DNA of 64,000 nucleotides from Lentisphaerae bacterium RIFOXYA12_FULL_48_11 (GTDB lineage: Bacteria > Verrucomicrobiota > Kiritimatiellia > UBA8416 > YA12-FULL-48-11). The notes beneath the pieces were generated by a model. The model did no database searches. It was given only the letters and a program-made list of their open reading frames with translations, and was not told the origin of the DNA. Both the position numbers and the translations under genes were made by a program. Below are positions 10,321-19,109 of the stretch, piece after piece. The stretch spans positions 28,119-92,118 of the forward strand of contig MHBM01000243.1 of assembly GCA_001804885.1 (NCBI GenBank), written 5' to 3'. The number at the start of each line of letters is the position of its first letter. The stretch's first letter is position 1.

Positions 10321-11406
10321 ATGAATGGGAAAACATTTGCGGTAATAATGGCAGGTGGAAAAGGTGAACGATTCTGGCCATTGAGTACATCGAAACACCC
10401 CAAGCAAATCTTATCGCTTATTGGCGGAAAACCTTTGCTGGCGCTGGCTGTTGACAGATTGAAAGGATTAATACCTCCATCCAGAATAATAATTATTACA
10501 AGTGCTGATCTTGTCACAGTAACCGCAAAAGCAGTTCCAGTGCTGCCGAAAAATAATATTATCGGAGAGCCTTGTGGACGTGATACAGCAGCTGTATGTG
10601 CGCTTGCCTCAGGAATCATAAAGGCACGCGACCCGAATGGAATATTCTGCATTCTTACCGCAGACCATATAATTAAAGAAATTCCCCGTTTTCAGCAAAT
10701 TCTGAAAGATTGTTTCAGACTTGCTGCTTCAGAGGATATATTGATTACAATTGGTGTTAAGCCGGTCTTCCCAAGTACTGGATTTGGTTACATTGAAACG
10801 GGTAAAAGTAGAAGAATGAAAGGGAAAACAAATTTTCTAGCAGCAAAGCGTTTCGTAGAGAAGCCGGACAAGAGGAAAGCACAAAAATATGTGCATGCCG
10901 GCAACTACTATTGGAATTCGGGAATGTTCATTTGGTCGGTAACAACTATTCAGAATTCTCTACGAATACACAGTCCTCAACTCTATAAAATGGCGAATCG
11001 CATGCAAAAAGTGGCAGGCACAAACCACTTTAATCCGGAACTGATCAAGGAATATGCCAAGTTGACTAAAATATCCATTGATTACGCCATTATGGAAAAA
11101 TCCACCAACATCGCCATGGCGAAAGCCAATTTCAGCTGGGATGATGTAGGCTCGTGGGCTGCTATCGAAAATCACTTTCCGAAAGATGATAAAGGGAATG
11201 TGATTATTGGAATGACAGAAGCGCTGGATTCAGGACATAACATAGTTCTTTCCAATGGGCGGTTAACTGCATTGCTCGGAGTACACGATTTGGTGGTTGT
11301 TCAGGCAGATTATGCAACACTAGTGTGCCACAAAAACAAGGTTCAGGATGTTAAGAAAATAGTACAACACCTTTCACAATATGGAAAATACAAAAAAGTC
11401 CTATAA
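10321..11406 (+). CDS. manC: mannose-1-phosphate guanylyltransferase (no isomerase domain)
   Basis: N-terminal nucleotidyltransferase motif MAGGKGERFWPLS. 361 aa. Confidence 0.85.
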   Translation: MNGKTFAVIMAGGKGERFWPLSTSKHPKQILSLIGGKPLLALAVDRLKGLIPPSRIIIITSADLVTVTAKAVPVLPKNNIIGEPCGRDTAAVCALASGIIKARDPNGIFCILTADHIIKEIPRFQQILKDCFRLAASEDILITIGVKPVFPSTGFGYIETGKSRRMKGKTNFLAAKRFVEKPDKRKAQKYVHAGNYYWNSGMFIWSVTTIQNSLRIHSPQLYKMANRMQKVAGTNHFNPELIKEYAKLTKISIDYAIMEKSTNIAMAKANFSWDDVGSWAAIENHFPKDDKGNVIIGMTEALDSGHNIVLSNGRLTALLGVHDLVVVQADYATLVCHKNKVQDVKKIVQHLSQYGKYKKVL

Positions 11407-11424
11407 ATCTTTACCAGGGAATTT

Positions 11425-11868
11425 ATGCGAATAATAGGCCTAGATTACGGAGATGTCAGAATGGGATTCGCCGTATGCGACCCAAGCGGATTATTCTCAA
11501 TGCCTTTATGTGTCGTTGAGTTAAAGAATAATCTAAAACCTGAAGATGAAGTGAAAAAGGTCTGCGATGAGAATGGGGCCGAAAAACTTGTCATAGGGTT
11601 TCCCATTAACATGAATGGAACGTGTGGCCCTATGGCCACAAAAGTTGATACATTTATCCAGAAGCTCCGCACAATTCTGGCAATCCCGATAGAGAAATAC
11701 GATGAACGCATGAGCACAAGCCAGGTAGAACGTATGCTTATTGAGTCCGATATGAGCCGCGCAAAAAGAAAAGGTGTCCGTGATAAACTGGCAGCTCAAG
11801 TCATTCTGCAGGGATATCTCGACAGTAAAAACATACAGAATGACACGTTTTATGACGAAAAGATATAA
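11425..11868 (+). CDS. ruvX: YqgF/RuvX putative pre-16S rRNA nuclease / Holliday junction resolvase-like
   Basis: N-terminus MRIIGLDYGDVRMGFAVCD. Size and layout fit the YqgF family. Confidence 0.9.
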   Translation: MRIIGLDYGDVRMGFAVCDPSGLFSMPLCVVELKNNLKPEDEVKKVCDENGAEKLVIGFPINMNGTCGPMATKVDTFIQKLRTILAIPIEKYDERMSTSQVERMLIESDMSRAKRKGVRDKLAAQVILQGYLDSKNIQNDTFYDEKI

Positions 11869-12592
11869 AATATCCATCGCGTATGATGGCAGTGAATATG
11901 CAGGCTGGCAGATACAACCTGATAACATGACTGTACAGGAACAACTTGAAAAGGCTATCGAGCAATTAACAAACGAGAAGGTTAAGATTCATGGCAGCGG
12001 ACGAACTGATCAGGGTGTTCATGCAAGAAGGCAAGTGGCACATTTTGATTTGGAAAAGCCATTTAAAACAGGGGTCTTAAAGAAAGCGTTGAATGCCATC
12101 CTGCCTGCGGATATCCGAGTTATGAAAATCGACATCGTGTATTCATCTTTCCATGCCAGGCGCAGTGCGGTTTCTAAAGAATATCGATATTTCATATGGA
12201 ACGCCGAGATAGTGCCACCTTTTTTGCGAAAATATCGCACTCACGTCAGAAAGAAACTGGATATAGCCGCAATGCGAAAAGCCGCTGTTCACCTGAGAGG
12301 TAGGCATGACTTTGCCTCCTTCACCGCCAATACCAGAAAAGAAATTGACGGCAAAGTAAGGAATTTGATGAAATTGACAGTTACAAAACGTGGCTCTGAG
12401 ATCATTATTGCGGCCAAAAGTGAGGGTTTTCTATATAAAATGGTGAGAAGCCTTGCAGGTTTTCTTATAAGGGTGGGGGAGGGTGCCCTTTCCCCGGATG
12501 ACGCACTGTCAATTCTTTACTCAAAACTGCGAACAGCAAAGGTTCCGACGGCACATCCTGAAGGTCTTTTTCTCTGGCGTGTCGACTATTGA
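11852..12592 (+). CDS. truA: tRNA pseudouridine(38-40) synthase
   Basis: YKISIAYDGSEYAGWQIQP and the catalytic-Asp motif GSGRTDQGVHA. Start is ATG 11852 or 11840, overlapping the end of ruvX. Confidence 0.9.
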   Translation: MTKRYKISIAYDGSEYAGWQIQPDNMTVQEQLEKAIEQLTNEKVKIHGSGRTDQGVHARRQVAHFDLEKPFKTGVLKKALNAILPADIRVMKIDIVYSSFHARRSAVSKEYRYFIWNAEIVPPFLRKYRTHVRKKLDIAAMRKAAVHLRGRHDFASFTANTRKEIDGKVRNLMKLTVTKRGSEIIIAAKSEGFLYKMVRSLAGFLIRVGEGALSPDDALSILYSKLRTAKVPTAHPEGLFLWRVDY

Positions 12593-12612
12593 TTTGGCAT
12601 TATCCCACGCCT

Positions 12613-13284
12613 ATGAAGATTCAAATACTTCCATCATTGTTGGCTGCGGATATCGGAAATCTCGAAGCGGCAGCCCGTCGGGCTGAGGAATGCGGAGCTG
12701 ATGCATTGCATATCGACATAATGGATGGGCATTTCGTTCCTAATATCAGTTTTGGCCCTAATGTTGTCCAAATGTGCAAAAAATGTATTAAAATCCCGCT
12801 GAGTGTTCATCTGATGCTCAGCAATCCGGATCAATATGTAAAAAGATTCCGGGATGCGGGTGCAGATTCACTTTCAATACATATCGAGGCTGAATGCGAT
12901 GTACCTGAAACTTTAGATCTCATCAGTGATCTTGGTATGAGATCGGGAATTACGCTGAATCCGGAAACTCCAGCTAAAATGATCTTTCCGGTTATTGATC
13001 AAGTGGACGAGGTTTTATGTATGACTGTCCATCCAGGGTATGGGGGGCAGTCATTCATTGCTGATGTTCTTCCTAAGATCCATGTAATAAGAGAGCGGGC
13101 GAAAGCTGCAGGCAAGAACCTTGATATAATGGTGGATGGAGGAATCAATTCTGATACCGCTGTGCTTTGCGCAGAACAGGGTGCAAACCTTCTTGTAGCT
13201 GGCACATCCCTGTATGCATTGAAGGATATGCGTGACGGCATATACCAAATGCGCCAGCGAGCCGCAGAAAAGCTTTTTGTGTAA
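12613..13284 (+). CDS. rpe: ribulose-phosphate 3-epimerase
   Basis: LPSLLAAD, HIDIMDGHFVPNISFGP and MTVHPGYGGQSF. Start at ATG 12613. Confidence 0.95.
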   Translation: MKIQILPSLLAADIGNLEAAARRAEECGADALHIDIMDGHFVPNISFGPNVVQMCKKCIKIPLSVHLMLSNPDQYVKRFRDAGADSLSIHIEAECDVPETLDLISDLGMRSGITLNPETPAKMIFPVIDQVDEVLCMTVHPGYGGQSFIADVLPKIHVIRERAKAAGKNLDIMVDGGINSDTAVLCAEQGANLLVAGTSLYALKDMRDGIYQMRQRAAEKLFV

Positions 13285-13290
13285 GGAATT

Positions 13291-15111
13291 ATGCAGTTTA
13301 TGACCACGCCTCTTCACCTGATTAGAAATTTCTCCATTATCGCACACGTTGACCATGGAAAATCAACGCTGGCAGATCGTCTGTTGCAGCTTACCCACAC
13401 TATCGAAGACAGGGTAATGAGGGAACAGGTGCTGGATGCTATGGATTTGGAAAGAGAACGTGGTATTACAATCAAGTCTCATCCGGTTACAATGAAATAC
13501 ACAGCCAAAGATGGATTAACATACGAGTTGAATCTTATTGACACCCCGGGACATGTTGATTTTTCATATGAGGTTTCGCGGAGCATGGCGGCATGTGAAG
13601 GCGCTATTCTTGTTGTTGATGCAGGGCAGGGGGTGGAGGCCCAAACTGTCGCCAATACTCATTTAGCAAGTGAACGCGGACTGGAAATTATCCCAGTTGT
13701 AAACAAAATTGATATGCCTGCTGCAAATGTGAAAGAAACAGCCAAGCAGATTGAAGATATACTTGCGATCAGTATGGATGATGGTTTTTATGTTAGCGCC
13801 AAGACCGGCTTGGGTGTTGAGGAACTCTTGGAAGCCGTCGTGAAGAGGATACCTCCGCCTAAACAAGCTGAATCGGCCAAAAGTACACGGGCGCTTGTTT
13901 TCGACTCTGTTTACGACGCATTTAGAGGCGTCGTCACGTATGTCCGCGTTTTTGAAGGGCAGCTTAAGTCCGGCGACAAGATAATGTTTATGGGCAATGG
14001 CCTTCAAACAGAACTCAAGGAAGTTGGAATATTTCATCCAAAACCAAAGCCTGTCGATGAACTTGGCGCAGGGCAGGTTGGTTATCTGATCGGCACACTT
14101 AAAGATCCCTCTGACATCAAGATTGGCGATACAATTACAATGTTATCCACCCCTGCAACCGAACCGCTCCCTGGATTCAAGGAGGTAAGGCCCATGGTTT
14201 TTGCAGGCCTCTATCCGGTGGTTAGTGAAGATTTTGAAAAGTTTAGACAGGCGTTGGACAAGCTTCGCCTTAATGATTCATCCCTCACTTATCATCCCGA
14301 ATCTTCCAGTGCACTTGGATTTGGTTTCAGGTGTGGATTCCTAGGCCTTCTTCATATGGAAATTGTTCAGGAAAGATTGCACCGGGAATTTGACATGGAC
14401 ATCATCAGTACGTATCCGAGCGTCATATATAAAGTGTATCAGCGAGACGGTACCGTTCTTGATGTCGACAATCCTATTCACTTACCGGACTGGACGCGAA
14501 TTGACCATATTGAAGAACCAATGATTCGCTCTTTTGTTATTTGCCAGAATGAACTAATAGGTGACCTGATGAAGCTCATTATGGACCGGCGGGGTGAGAT
14601 TGTAAAAACGGACTCAATCGATACCAAGCGTGTTATGCTTACATGTTCGATACCACTTAATGAGATTCTGACCGACTTCCATGACACGCTTAAGAGCATC
14701 AGCCGTGGTTATGCTTCAATGGACTATGAGCTTGCGGGGTACCAATCCAGCGATATAGTCAAAATGGATATCCTGCTTAACAGCGAAGTCGTGGATGCCT
14801 TTTCCTGTATGGTGCACCGTGATAAGGCGATTTATAAAGGCAGACAGATGTGTAAGGCGTTGAAGGAGACAATACCTCCTCATCAGTTCTCGTTGCCGGT
14901 ACAGGCGGCGTTGAACAAGACAATCATAGCCAGAGAAACCATTAAACCATTCCGAAAAGATGTTCTTGCCAAGCTTTACGGTGGAGATGTAACTCGTAAA
15001 CGTAAGGTACTGGAAAAACAAAAAGAAGGCAAGAAGCGCATGAAACAGTTTGGGACTGTTAATGTGCCACAGAAAGCGTTTGTTTCGGTCCTGAAAATGG
15101 GCTCACAATGA
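13291..15111 (+). CDS. lepA: elongation factor 4
   Basis: NFSIIAHVDHGKSTL, DTPGH and NKID motifs. 606 aa with the LepA-type C-terminus. Confidence 0.95.
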   Translation: MQFMTTPLHLIRNFSIIAHVDHGKSTLADRLLQLTHTIEDRVMREQVLDAMDLERERGITIKSHPVTMKYTAKDGLTYELNLIDTPGHVDFSYEVSRSMAACEGAILVVDAGQGVEAQTVANTHLASERGLEIIPVVNKIDMPAANVKETAKQIEDILAISMDDGFYVSAKTGLGVEELLEAVVKRIPPPKQAESAKSTRALVFDSVYDAFRGVVTYVRVFEGQLKSGDKIMFMGNGLQTELKEVGIFHPKPKPVDELGAGQVGYLIGTLKDPSDIKIGDTITMLSTPATEPLPGFKEVRPMVFAGLYPVVSEDFEKFRQALDKLRLNDSSLTYHPESSSALGFGFRCGFLGLLHMEIVQERLHREFDMDIISTYPSVIYKVYQRDGTVLDVDNPIHLPDWTRIDHIEEPMIRSFVICQNELIGDLMKLIMDRRGEIVKTDSIDTKRVMLTCSIPLNEILTDFHDTLKSISRGYASMDYELAGYQSSDIVKMDILLNSEVVDAFSCMVHRDKAIYKGRQMCKALKETIPPHQFSLPVQAALNKTIIARETIKPFRKDVLAKLYGGDVTRKRKVLEKQKEGKKRMKQFGTVNVPQKAFVSVLKMGSQ

Positions 15112-16202
15112 AAACTTTTTTCAGAAGAAGAAAAGCTAACAAGTTAGCAGAAGACATTTTGAAGCAATCGCAGCATCTTCGTAATATCAGAGAAGATCTG
15201 ATGCGTGAGACTGACTTAAAAAAGTTAATCGAATCAGAAGAAACGTTGAAAGAGGCCATCAGGGGCAGGGATCCTGTCGCCGTCGAGAATGCAAGTGAAT
15301 CTCTTTTTGCATTTCTAAACAAGGTTATCCCATCCGGCAGGCCAACAGCATTAGCTGAGAATTTCGAGATTCTGATCGTAGCTGTCGTCGTTGCCATGGG
15401 ATTTCGGACATACTTTATACAGCCTTTCAAAATCCCGACAGGTTCTATGGAACCGACTTTGAACGGTATTCACTCGGATGCCCATACAAACCCAACCATC
15501 ATGGACCAAGTTCCCCTTAAATATTTGAAGTGGATTGTTTTTGGAGAATGGTACATGGAGATACGTATACGTGAAGACGGTGTTTTGGGAGACCGTGCAG
15601 AAACAACACCGGACGAAACATCGATGTATGTGTATGTCGGGAATGTTCGGTACAAAATACCCAGAGGTGCAAGACCAAGAGTATTCCCGGGAACACTGAT
15701 GAAAAAAGGCGCAATTCTCTGGTCCGGCAAAGTAACCACAGGTGATCATGTTTTTGTTGACAAAGTAAGATGGAACTTTTCTAGACCAAAAAGAGGGCAA
15801 GTGATGGTTTTTCTCACGAAAAATATTCAATCACTTCCAGAGAATACGCACTATATAAAACGACTAATCGGGCTCCCAAATGAGTCTATTTCCATAAATC
15901 CACCCAATATTCTCATTAATGGTAAAATCGTTAATGAACCCGAAGGTATAAGGAGAATCTCACAACAAGCTCCAGGTTATTCGGGGTATACGATACCTTA
16001 TTCCTATGCTGGTACGGCTAATTTTATATCTTCGTCTAACGAAGTTCGAAAACTCGGACCGGCGGATTTCTTTGTTCTTGGCGATAATACCGGGAATAGC
16101 CGTGATGGACGTTACTGGGGGGCGGTTCCGGAAAAGAACACTATTGGACCTGCAGTACTTGTATATTGGCCTTACTCGCAAAGATGGGGCCGCATTAATT
16201 AA
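15108..16202 (+). CDS. lepB: signal peptidase I
   Basis: Catalytic Ser in GSMEPTL, catalytic Lys in YIKRLIGLPNE, and GDNTGNSRDGRYWG. ATGA overlap with lepA. Confidence 0.9.
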   Translation: MKTFFRRRKANKLAEDILKQSQHLRNIREDLMRETDLKKLIESEETLKEAIRGRDPVAVENASESLFAFLNKVIPSGRPTALAENFEILIVAVVVAMGFRTYFIQPFKIPTGSMEPTLNGIHSDAHTNPTIMDQVPLKYLKWIVFGEWYMEIRIREDGVLGDRAETTPDETSMYVYVGNVRYKIPRGARPRVFPGTLMKKGAILWSGKVTTGDHVFVDKVRWNFSRPKRGQVMVFLTKNIQSLPENTHYIKRLIGLPNESISINPPNILINGKIVNEPEGIRRISQQAPGYSGYTIPYSYAGTANFISSSNEVRKLGPADFFVLGDNTGNSRDGRYWGAVPEKNTIGPAVLVYWPYSQRWGRIN

Positions 16203-16264
16203 TAAAAAACATAAAGCTCAATCCTGATTATACAAAACCTACGGTTTCCAAGCCATTACAACCT

Positions 16265-16292
16265 ATGTCGCATAATATATCTTATGTCTACT
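16265..16292. other. candidate dif site (XerC/XerD chromosome-dimer resolution)
   Basis: ATGTCGCATAA-TATATC-TTATGTCTACT compares with E. coli dif GGTGCGCATAA-TGTATA-TTATGTTAAAT and B. subtilis dif ACTTCCTAGAA-TATATA-TTATGTAAACT. The inner dyad CATAA/TTATG is intact. The site lies in the convergent gap between the plus-strand and minus-strand gene trains. Confidence 0.5.
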
Positions 16293-16395
16293 ATCTGTGA
16301 TCTATTACCACTACATTTGGGATATTTTCGGTGAAAATGGTTTTTTCTATACAAAGATAACTTTACTCTGCCGGTAAGATCGATCGCTAATTCCA

Positions 16396-17310
16396 CTATC
16401 TGACTTGATAGACAAACTTCTCGGCTTTTCCAGCTCTTTCAATTTCAATAACAAAAGCATTAGCTCGGTCAGCAACAAATTCACTTATAAAATACTCAGC
16501 ACGATTCCGGCTCGTCATTTGCATGGAATTTACGCTTCGCACAATGTCTCCCTCCGAGAGCCCCACTGATTTAAAGAAATCAGCCTCGCCCTCTACACCG
16601 ACCCTATATCCAGTTATTCGGTTTGCCCCCTGTACGTAAACAGGCTTAAGTGAATCAAATACCTTCACGAGGCGTTCAGGCTCATCCCTGAGCTCCCTGT
16701 AATACTCTAAAAGCCTTTCCCTGCTAAATAACCACTTATTTTCCGAGGTCTGCTTACCACCGAACTTATCCAGACCTGCAAACGGATCTGCAACGGTAGT
16801 AGCTTTGTTTGTACCCGCAGAAGGTACGCCCAATGTACTGAACCCAGAAAAAGTCAGCCAGAGCGGTTCCTCGCTGCCAGCCCCCGTCCGTATGATGACA
16901 TGGTCTTTAAATATTTTCACAATTAACGTATCATCCAATCGTTCTCCCTCGACGACAATAGTCTGTTTCCCCGTTCTAATATCATCGATAATAGCTCTTC
17001 GTATATCAGAGACATCAGCTTTCACGGAATTAAATTCAAAAAAAGTTCCAGCCAGACGAAAACGGACTGACATTGATCCGCTAGGAGTTAAATGCTGACT
17101 GCCATCCCGACTCATGAAAACTGACCAATCAACAATTCTATTCACAGATGAAGGCGAATAGCTTATTAGTTTGGTTTTAAATAGTTCAGGAAGCGGTATT
17201 TGCGGAAATAAATAATATACCCTGACGAGCGACATGACCATTAAAGCGGTAATAATGATTGCCGCCCATGCGCATCGCTTTAGAATATAATATCGATAGA
17301 CAGAGGACAT
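16396..17310 (-). CDS. gspC: T2SS GspC-like protein (TM, HR/PilP-like region, PDZ-like C-terminus)
   Basis: N-terminal TM segment AWAAIIITALMVMSLV. HR-like block FRLAGTFFEF...RRAIIDDIRTGKQTIVVEGERLDDTLIVKIFKDHVIIRTGAGSEEPLWL. PDZ-like block GYRVGVEGEADFFKSVGLSEGDIVRSVNSMQM. Both candidate starts (ATG 17310 and ATG 17352) lie inside rnpB. Confidence 0.55.
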   Translation of the reverse strand: MSSVYRYYILKRCAWAAIIITALMVMSLVRVYYLFPQIPLPELFKTKLISYSPSSVNRIVDWSVFMSRDGSQHLTPSGSMSVRFRLAGTFFEFNSVKADVSDIRRAIIDDIRTGKQTIVVEGERLDDTLIVKIFKDHVIIRTGAGSEEPLWLTFSGFSTLGVPSAGTNKATTVADPFAGLDKFGGKQTSENKWLFSRERLLEYYRELRDEPERLVKVFDSLKPVYVQGANRITGYRVGVEGEADFFKSVGLSEGDIVRSVNSMQMTSRNRAEYFISEFVADRANAFVIEIERAGKAEKFVYQVR

Positions 17311-17668
17311 AAGCCAGATTCTGTTTCCCGTAAAACGGGATTGGTCATTCATCTTAGCGATCTACCCGAAACTGCATCATGATCTTTCGATCACGATTGA
17401 AGCGGGCCACCTCAAGCAGTCTCCTATTTGATCTTGCTCCGGGCGGGGTTTACCATGCGGTTTTCATTTCTGTCAACCCGGTGGTCTCTTACACCGCCAT
17501 TTCACCCTTACCCCGAGAATCGGGGCGGTATATTTTCTGTGGCACTTTCCATATCTTTCATTTTCATGAAAGATTTCCCGAACATCGGGACACCCTGCCC
17601 TGCGGAGTCTGGACTTTCCTCCCCGACAATAAATTGCCGGAGCGACCAATCGCCTCTGCCAATCGATA
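17290..17668 (-). ncRNA. rnpB: RNase P RNA, bacterial type A
   Basis: The minus strand carries GGAGGAAAGUCCAGACUCC, GCCACAGAAAAUAUACCGCC, GGUAAGGGUGAAAUGGCGGUGUAAGAGACCACC, GGUAAACCCCGCCCGGAGCAAGAUCAAAUAGG, CUAAGAUGAAUGACC and ACAGAAUCUGGCUUAU. P4 covaries (CCAGA/UCUGG versus E. coli CCGGG/CCCGG). P2 pairs GGCAGAGG with CCUCUGUC, and P1 pairs AUCGAU with AUCGAU. Confidence 0.92.
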
Positions 17669-17670
17669 AC

Positions 17671-18387
17671 CTAGTATAGCAGCCTTCCGCAGAAATCGCA
17701 AATAACCATATTGTTATCCATTCTTTTGGCCCTATGGATAACTGCAGGAGGGAGCGCCATGTGACAACCGCCGCATACTCCTTCCTCTATCTGAACAAGG
17801 CCCTTATCTTTCCTGGAAAAAATTCGATCATACTGAGCCAGCCACTTGCTATCAACACCCTTGGCCTCGGCAGTTCTAATTTCCTTGATCTTTGCTAATT
17901 CCTGTCCAATTGCTGAAAGCCTCTGAGCAAGGAACCCGACATCTTGCAGAACAGCCTTCTCTTCCTCGGAAAGTGCATTTTGTTTCTGCTGTACTTCAGC
18001 CCTGGCTTTTTCAACCTCTTCCATGACCAGCAACTGTTCGTCTTCAAGCTTGGAAATACTATCCTGAATAGTTTTTATTTCGCTCTGAATTGTTGAATAT
18101 TCCTTATTGGTCTTTACTTCAAGCTGCTGAGTCTTCAGTTTGGATATCTTTTCTTTACGGGAATCACTTTCAATTTCGAACTTCTTGGTTTCGGCCAGCT
18201 TAGCTTTAAGGCCCTCTTCAGCCTTCGCAAGAGCTTCCTTGTGTTCTTTCAGGCGTTGTTGTTCATCTTTCTTTCGTTTCGGAACATCGCGCAGTTCTTT
18301 CTCAAGTTCCCGGATAGAGCAATCGTGCTTCTGAACGACTAATAATGATTCTATTACATTCACTTCTAATTCCCCAATAATGTTCAT
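17671..18387 (-). CDS. coiled-coil protein with C-terminal C4 zinc ribbon (COG1579/DUF164-like)
   Basis: About 190 aa of E/K/Q-rich heptad-like sequence, then CGGCHMALPPAVIHRAKRMDNNMVICDFCGRLLY. Confidence 0.75.
   Translation of the reverse strand: MNIIGELEVNVIESLLVVQKHDCSIRELEKELRDVPKRKKDEQQRLKEHKEALAKAEEGLKAKLAETKKFEIESDSRKEKISKLKTQQLEVKTNKEYSTIQSEIKTIQDSISKLEDEQLLVMEEVEKARAEVQQKQNALSEEEKAVLQDVGFLAQRLSAIGQELAKIKEIRTAEAKGVDSKWLAQYDRIFSRKDKGLVQIEEGVCGGCHMALPPAVIHRAKRMDNNMVICDFCGRLLY
17673..17701 (-). promoter_or_regulatory. candidate sigma70-type promoter of rnpB
   Basis: TTGCGA-N17-TATACT on the minus strand. The -10 element ends 6-7 nt before the predicted RNase P RNA 5' end. The promoter lies within the last codons of the upstream gene. 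Confidence 0.45.
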
Positions 18388-18392
18388 AACGT

Positions 18393-18421
18393 TATATATA
18401 TTACAGCGAGCATCATGTCAA
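18393..18421 (-). promoter_or_regulatory. candidate sigma70-type promoter abutting the start codon
   Basis: TTGACA-N17-TATATA on the minus strand. Only 5 nt (ACGTT) separate the -10 element from ATG 18387. Confidence 0.4.
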
Positions 18422-18446
18422 TGTAGTCTTGACCACTTTAGATTTA

Positions 18447-19109
18447 CTAATTAACAAAACCGGCACTAGCAAGGCGATCATAATTAAGATCAACCTTATC
18501 TGTCCTGTTTCGCAAGTGTCTCATCACATACTTCCCGATTATATCGGTCTCTATATTTATTTTCGCGCCTTGATCCAAGACCGACCACGCAGTCATATTC
18601 CATGTAAACGGAATGATGTTTACCTCAAAAAAAGAATCCTCGAGGGATGAAATAGTAAGACTAACACCATCACATGCGACAGACCCTTTAAGAACCATGC
18701 CTCCGATAAGGTTTTCGTCACACGTAAATCTCAGTACTTTATCTCTTCCTATAGCCTTAATTGCAGAGACAGTTGCAATCCCATCCACATGACCTGAAAC
18801 AATGTGCCCACCAATACGATCGCCGACACGAAGAGATCTCTCAAGATTAACCAGCGAGCCGATAGTCTTATAATTAAGGTTTGTTTTAGAAAGTGTTTCG
18901 TCAAGCGCATCGCAAGTAAACGATGTTGCTGTTTGCCCCGTAACAGTGAAACATATACCATTTATCGCTACGCTTTCGCCCATTTCCAGAGGACAGATCC
19001 ATGGTTTATGTTCAATACACAAGGTAATACCTGCACCGATCTTTTGTCGGCTTTTTAAAGCCCCGACCTTTTCTATGAGTCCTGTAAACATATTTTCCTT
19101 TATCGGCAA
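18447..19109 (-). CDS. ribE: riboflavin synthase (alpha chain)
   Basis: MFTGLIEKVG N-terminus and an internal duplication with GDRIGGHIVSGHVDG, typical of riboflavin synthase. Confidence 0.9.
   Translation of the reverse strand: MPIKENMFTGLIEKVGALKSRQKIGAGITLCIEHKPWICPLEMGESVAINGICFTVTGQTATSFTCDALDETLSKTNLNYKTIGSLVNLERSLRVGDRIGGHIVSGHVDGIATVSAIKAIGRDKVLRFTCDENLIGGMVLKGSVACDGVSLTISSLEDSFFEVNIIPFTWNMTAWSVLDQGAKINIETDIIGKYVMRHLRNRTDKVDLNYDRLASAGFVN

Noticed and set aside
17379-17679. Two plus-strand ORFs (96 and 83 aa) from the ORF track
   Set aside because: They lie exactly antisense to the RNase P RNA gene and are explained by it. They have no ribosome-binding site and no recognisable protein features.
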